Positions 59,737-64,000 of a DNA stretch of 64,000 nucleotides are shown one piece after another (position 1 is the stretch's first letter; every line of letters starts with the position of its first letter). A model generated the notes under the pieces. The model saw nothing but the letters and a program-made list of their open reading frames with translations. It ran no database searches and was not told where the DNA came from. This DNA comes from Candidatus Poribacteria bacterium (GTDB taxonomy: Bacteria > Poribacteria > WGA-4E > PCPOR2b). The stretch is taken from contig OZ240245.1 of the NCBI GenBank assembly GCA_965198175.1, positions 704,001-768,000 of the forward strand, given 5' to 3'. Position numbers and translations under genes: made by a program.

Positions 59737-60759
59737 TTAGTTTAGCCAGGCATTAAATTCTTCATACCTAACACCTAATACCTCCTTCAATTTGTTGATG
59801 CGTTGTTGAGCACTTGCCACGAGTTGCGCAATTGCTACGTCATAATGCGCATCAATCTCACAGCCTGCGGCGCGTTGATGCCCACCTCCACCGAATTCCG
59901 CAGCAATTTCGCCGACATCAACATACGTTTTGCTCCGCAGACTTGCTTTAGACCTCCCATCTACTTGTTCGCTAACCAAAACTGCAAACTCAACAGTATC
60001 AATGGAACGGATGTAATTAATGAATCCATCCACCTCCTCGCGGCCCGTTCCGGTTTTGCGGAACATCTCCTGAGTCACATATACCCATGCAATCTTGCCA
60101 TCGGGTGTTATACCGAGCGTTCGAAGAACCTCACCAAGCAAACGTACCCTTCCAACTGGCGCGGTTTCATAAACCAAGCGATAAATCTCATCAACAGATA
60201 CGCCTGCATTAATGAGATCGGCAGCGATTTGATGCGCTGCCGGTGTGGAATTCGCATATCGAAAACAGCCGGTATCGAACATAATTCCGGTGTAGAGGCA
60301 AAGCGCTCGATCCCTCCCGATTGGAGTCCCGTGATGTTTAATCAACTGATAAACAATCTCAGATGTTGATGATGCTTCTACTTCAATAAAGTTATAACTC
60401 CCAAAATGATCTGCCGTGGCGTGATGATCGATATTGACAATCGCTTTTGTTGGGATTAAGGTCCGGCAGAGGTCGTCACCAATTCGTTTCAGCATCCCTG
60501 CGTCAAGAACTACTAGAATCTCAGGCGAATGCCCCTGAACTGCTTCAGGGGGTAGAATGACGTCGCAGAAAGGAAGGAATTGGTAGATTTTCGGCACAGC
60601 ATCTGTATTGAAAATCTGGACGTGTTTCCCTAGGTCTTTGAGGAAAGAATAGAGTGCTAATTCAGATCCAATCGCATCACCATCGGGATTGATGTGTGTT
60701 GAAAGCGCAAAATACTGGTGACGATCAAAAACATCTAAGACTGCTTTATAGGTTTCCAT
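59737..60759 (-). CDS. nrnA: DHH/DHHA1 oligoribonuclease / pAp phosphatase
   Basis: HINPDGDA, IDHH, DTG, GGGHQRAAG. Confidence 0.93.
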   Translation of the reverse strand: METYKAVLDVFDRHQYFALSTHINPDGDAIGSELALYSFLKDLGKHVQIFNTDAVPKIYQFLPFCDVILPPEAVQGHSPEILVVLDAGMLKRIGDDLCRTLIPTKAIVNIDHHATADHFGSYNFIEVEASSTSEIVYQLIKHHGTPIGRDRALCLYTGIMFDTGCFRYANSTPAAHQIAADLINAGVSVDEIYRLVYETAPVGRVRLLGEVLRTLGITPDGKIAWVYVTQEMFRKTGTGREEVDGFINYIRSIDTVEFAVLVSEQVDGRSKASLRSKTYVDVGEIAAEFGGGGHQRAAGCEIDAHYDVAIAQLVASAQQRINKLKEVLGVRYEEFNAWLN

Positions 60760-60773
60760 ATCAAAGAAATGGT

Positions 60774-61172
60774 TTATGGCATTTCATCACTGCATTCCGA
60801 GGAAATGCCGAGTTCTTCTTCTTCAGCACGCACTTGCTTCAGGAGACGGTCTAGTTTCATTAAATGATCGATAGACTGGTCTAATTTGAAACGTAATTCA
60901 GGGACATACCGCAAATCAATTTGACACCCGACTTCACGTCTGAGGAAACCGGCGGCGCTTTTCAAACCCGCCATCGTACCCTGCTTCTGTTGCTTATTTC
61001 CAATTACACTCACCTTGACATCGGCATACTTCAAATCGGAAGATACTTCAACCCGCGTAATAGTACAGAATTTTACTCGCGGATCCTTTAGAGATCTATG
61101 AATAATGTAACTTAGTTCCTTCTGTATGAGCGCGCTCACCCGATCAATACGTCTGCTTTCTAACATTGTCAC
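60774..61172 (-). CDS. rbfA: Ribosome-binding factor A
   Basis: DPR, VEVSSDL, LRYVPELRF; conserved context. Confidence 0.96.
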   Translation of the reverse strand: MTMLESRRIDRVSALIQKELSYIIHRSLKDPRVKFCTITRVEVSSDLKYADVKVSVIGNKQQKQGTMAGLKSAAGFLRREVGCQIDLRYVPELRFKLDQSIDHLMKLDRLLKQVRAEEEELGISSECSDEMP

Positions 61173-61176
61173 TTCG

Positions 61177-61461
61177 TCAGAAGATTAACTCAATCTCGTA
61201 ATCCGTTAATTCTGCTAAACTGTTTGCTTCAATAAAATTCACTACTTTCGACAGTACACGATTGAGATGCGTTGAATCGTTGGACACTGAAACAATTCCA
61301 AGCACAACTCGTTGGTGCACATCAAGCGCATCAATTTCTCCAACAGCAACGTTGAACCGATTTTTCAACCGATTGATGATACTTTTGACGACTCGCCGTT
61401 TCTGTTTCAGCGAATAACTCTCTGAAATCGTCAAAAAGGCCTTACAAATCCCGACATGCAT
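61177..61461 (-). CDS. DUF503 (YlxP-like) protein
   Basis: SLKQKRRVVKS...FNVAVGE; lies between infB and rbfA. Confidence 0.92.
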   Translation of the reverse strand: MHVGICKAFLTISESYSLKQKRRVVKSIINRLKNRFNVAVGEIDALDVHQRVVLGIVSVSNDSTHLNRVLSKVVNFIEANSLAELTDYEIELIF

Positions 61462-61593
61462 AGCGTAGTACGTTGAACGTCATGAATTCGTGGAATGCAA
61501 CCTAATAACTCATGAATTTACAACACGCATCACACGAAAATGACAGTATTAAGACATTGAATGCCCAATCCTCTACTCCACTTTTCCCTGTTT

Positions 61594-63621
61594 TTACCTC
61601 AGTGTGCGCGGGATATGTTCGTGAGTATAACATTCTAATACGTCATCCACTTTGAAATCGTCGAAAGCACTCGTGCCGATACCACATTCGTAATTCGCGG
61701 CAACCTCAGTAACATCGTCTTTGAACCTGCGTAACGAGTCGACCTTCCCCTCATAAATCTGTCGATTGTCACGCAAAACACGGAGGGGGTAGTTATGAAT
61801 AATTTGTCCCCAATTAACATAAGTTCCGGCAATCATTCCCTTCCGCGGAACCTTGAACAACTGGCGAACAATTGCTCTTCCGATGGAAACCTCTCGAATC
61901 TCAGGATCCAACAATCCTTCCATCGCGGATTGGACATCGGAAATCAGATTGTAAATCACATTGTATGTCCGAACATCGATACTTTCGAGCGCCTTTGCTA
62001 TCAGAGCTTCAGTTGTGGGGCGCACGTTAAAACCTAGCACAATAGCATTGGAAGCAGATGCGAGTAAGATATCTGTTTCTGCAATACCGCCAACAGCTTG
62101 ATGGATGATGTTGACTTTGACCTCATTGGCGTTTAACTTTTGCAGCGAATCACAAACAACTTCAACAGATCCTTGAACATCACCTTTGACAATCACATTC
62201 AACTCTTTGATATCACCCTCATGAATCTGCTGGAAGAGATCGTCTAAATTCACACGACTCTGCGGACTAAGTTGGGCATACCGATGCTCTGCTTGTCGAG
62301 ATTCGCTGATGGTTCTGGCATCTTTCTCAGAGTCTACTGCATGAAAGCTGTCCCCGGCTTCCGGAACCTCAGTGAAACCAAGGACTTCAACCGGTGTTGA
62401 TGGAGATCCCTGTTTAATGCGCTGTCCTCGATCATCAATCAACGCCCGGACTTTTCCATAGCAGCGACCAGCGATGAATGCATCTCCAACTTTCAACGTC
62501 CCGCTTTGCACCAGCACTGTTGCGACTGAACCTCGCCCTTTATCCAGCTTCGCTTCAATAACAGCTCCCCGCCCCGCTTTATTTGGATTAGCTGTCAGTT
62601 CAAGCAATTCCGATTCAAGGAGCAACATATCCAACAGTTCATCAACACCAATGCTTTCCTTCGCAGAAATTTCAACAAAAATCGTTTGTCCACCCCATTC
62701 CTCCGGAATAAGACCTTGGTCCGCCAACTGTTGTTTAACATAATCAGGTCTGGCACCCTCTACATCGATTTTGTTGATTGCAACAACAATGGGAACTTTT
62801 GCAGCCTTTGCGTGATTGATAGCCTCTATTGTTTGCGGCATAACACCATCATCTGCCGCTACAACAAGGACGACAATATCTGTCACTTGGGTGCCGCGCG
62901 CGCGCATAGCGGTGAATGCTGCATGCCCTGGGGTGTCCAGAAAAACAACGTTACCGTTCTCCAATTCCACATGGTAAGCGCCAATATGTTGCGTAATATT
63001 TCCAGCTTCTGTTTCAATAATATTCGACTCTCGAACAGCATCAAGCAGTGAGGTCTTGCCGTGGTCGACATGCCCCATAATCGTAACAACGGGTGCGCGA
63101 GGAACGAAATCTTTTGGATTATCGGGTTCTTCCTTCAACACTTGTTCCTCTAGCGTTAGTTGACGGACAGCTTCAAATTCAAACTTTTCGCTGATAATTT
63201 TCAGCGTGTCGAAATCTAGACGTTGATTAATACTTGCCATAATCCCAAGCTTCATGAGCCGTCTAATCATTTCTGTATCCTTAAATCCCAGAGTTGAGGC
63301 AATCTGACCGACTGTAATTCCTTCTTGAACTTGCGGAATTGTTGAGATTTCTTTTTTAGTCGGTGTTGCTTGGGTAATGGCTCCTTCAATCGCCGCTGGG
63401 TCTTGATCAGAAAGCGATTCCAGTCTGGTCTTTTTTGCATTCCGTTCGGCTTCAATTAACTCAACGGTTTCCGGATCGAGCGTGCTCATGTGGTTCTTGA
63501 CGAGCACACCATACTCCTGGACTTCTTCGATGAATGCTTTACTGCTCAACCCATATCGTTTTGCCAATTCGTAAACTCTGATATTCTTGCTGTTCTTGGT
63601 TTTATCCTTTTTCATTGACAC
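61594..63621 (-). CDS. infB: Translation initiation factor IF-2
   Basis: [18 protein letters not shown]-terminal RVYELAK. Confidence 0.98.
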   Translation of the reverse strand: MSMKKDKTKNSKNIRVYELAKRYGLSSKAFIEEVQEYGVLVKNHMSTLDPETVELIEAERNAKKTRLESLSDQDPAAIEGAITQATPTKKEISTIPQVQEGITVGQIASTLGFKDTEMIRRLMKLGIMASINQRLDFDTLKIISEKFEFEAVRQLTLEEQVLKEEPDNPKDFVPRAPVVTIMGHVDHGKTSLLDAVRESNIIETEAGNITQHIGAYHVELENGNVVFLDTPGHAAFTAMRARGTQVTDIVVLVVAADDGVMPQTIEAINHAKAAKVPIVVAINKIDVEGARPDYVKQQLADQGLIPEEWGGQTIFVEISAKESIGVDELLDMLLLESELLELTANPNKAGRGAVIEAKLDKGRGSVATVLVQSGTLKVGDAFIAGRCYGKVRALIDDRGQRIKQGSPSTPVEVLGFTEVPEAGDSFHAVDSEKDARTISESRQAEHRYAQLSPQSRVNLDDLFQQIHEGDIKELNVIVKGDVQGSVEVVCDSLQKLNANEVKVNIIHQAVGGIAETDILLASASNAIVLGFNVRPTTEALIAKALESIDVRTYNVIYNLISDVQSAMEGLLDPEIREVSIGRAIVRQLFKVPRKGMIAGTYVNWGQIIHNYPLRVLRDNRQIYEGKVDSLRRFKDDVTEVAANYECGIGTSAFDDFKVDDVLECYTHEHIPRTLR

Positions 63622-63636
63622 CTCTTCAGCGCTTAT

Positions 63637-63906
63637 CTAATTCATCAGGTCAAGCAGTTCTTGTTTGAACAGATCAATCGCTCGCTTTGAGTGATTCACT
63701 CCCAAGTGAGAGTTGATGATTTTGGGCGCCCTGAAAGCTGCGTTAATACACGCTTGAGATGGACAAACATAGGCACCATAGCCTGGAAATCTACGTTTTG
63801 CATCTATTCAGAGGCTTCGGGAGAAACCACAAGCAAATCGAAGTAAGTTTTTCTTGGGGGATTTACCACGGCACCCAATAAAAGTTCGGATAGGTGTCGA
63901 TGCCAT
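63637..63906 (-). pseudogene. ylxR: YlxR/RnpM (DUF448) homolog with an in-frame TGA
   Basis: MASTPIRTFIGCRGKSPKKNLLRF...SL*IDAKRRFPGYGAYVCPSQAC; TGA at 63808-63810; canonical position upstream of infB. Confidence 0.82.
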
Positions 63907-64000
63907 ACCAATCACCAACAGCCGCGTAGGCTAAAGTTGAAGCGAAGTTGAGAGAAGAAGCTATACCTTAACTCAATTCCATTTTAGATCGTTACATGAA

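Noticed and set aside
63808..63810. Selenocysteine TGA in ylxR
   Set aside because: The position is not a conserved Cys, no clear SECIS hairpin follows, and other conserved residues are also lost.

Overview
Bacterial chromosomal segment. A secreted 14-repeat WD40 protein, a PhyH-HEAT fusion, a DUF6785-like membrane protein and orphan sugar-active enzymes suggest Candidatus Poribacteria or a relative (inference only). Layout: (1) 1-10.3 kb: putative glycoside hydrolases, membrane and coiled-coil proteins, and an SDR. (2) About 11-35.8 kb: a defence island. It contains a pair of DNA methyltransferases with no nuclease and tandem DUF4377 lipoproteins (one with a nonsense codon). It also contains an Eco57I-like adenine MTase (14829-18440) and a PLD-SNF2 helicase (32448-35777) that bracket about 14 kb of cargo. 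The cargo is an HNH nuclease, a complete type II CBASS (Cap4-CdnD-Cap2-Cap3), a YwgA-like wHTH, a Schlafen/AlbA-HATPase plus a deleted copy, hicB with a broken hicA, an orphan TM protein, DUF5131 and an AAA ATPase + DUF4276 pair. Several cargo genes are delimited by a recurring AATCCGCG-rich repeat, and two island promoters carry NrdR-box-like motifs. (3) 35.9-64 kb: core genes (UbiD-family decarboxylase, nadA, MoxR, trkAH, gcvTHP, pnp, rpsO, ribF, truB, nrnA, rbfA, infB and a nonsense-interrupted ylxR). No tRNA, rRNA, CRISPR array, integrase or transposase was recognised. All family calls come from motifs read by eye and from recalled sequences; no database search was run.
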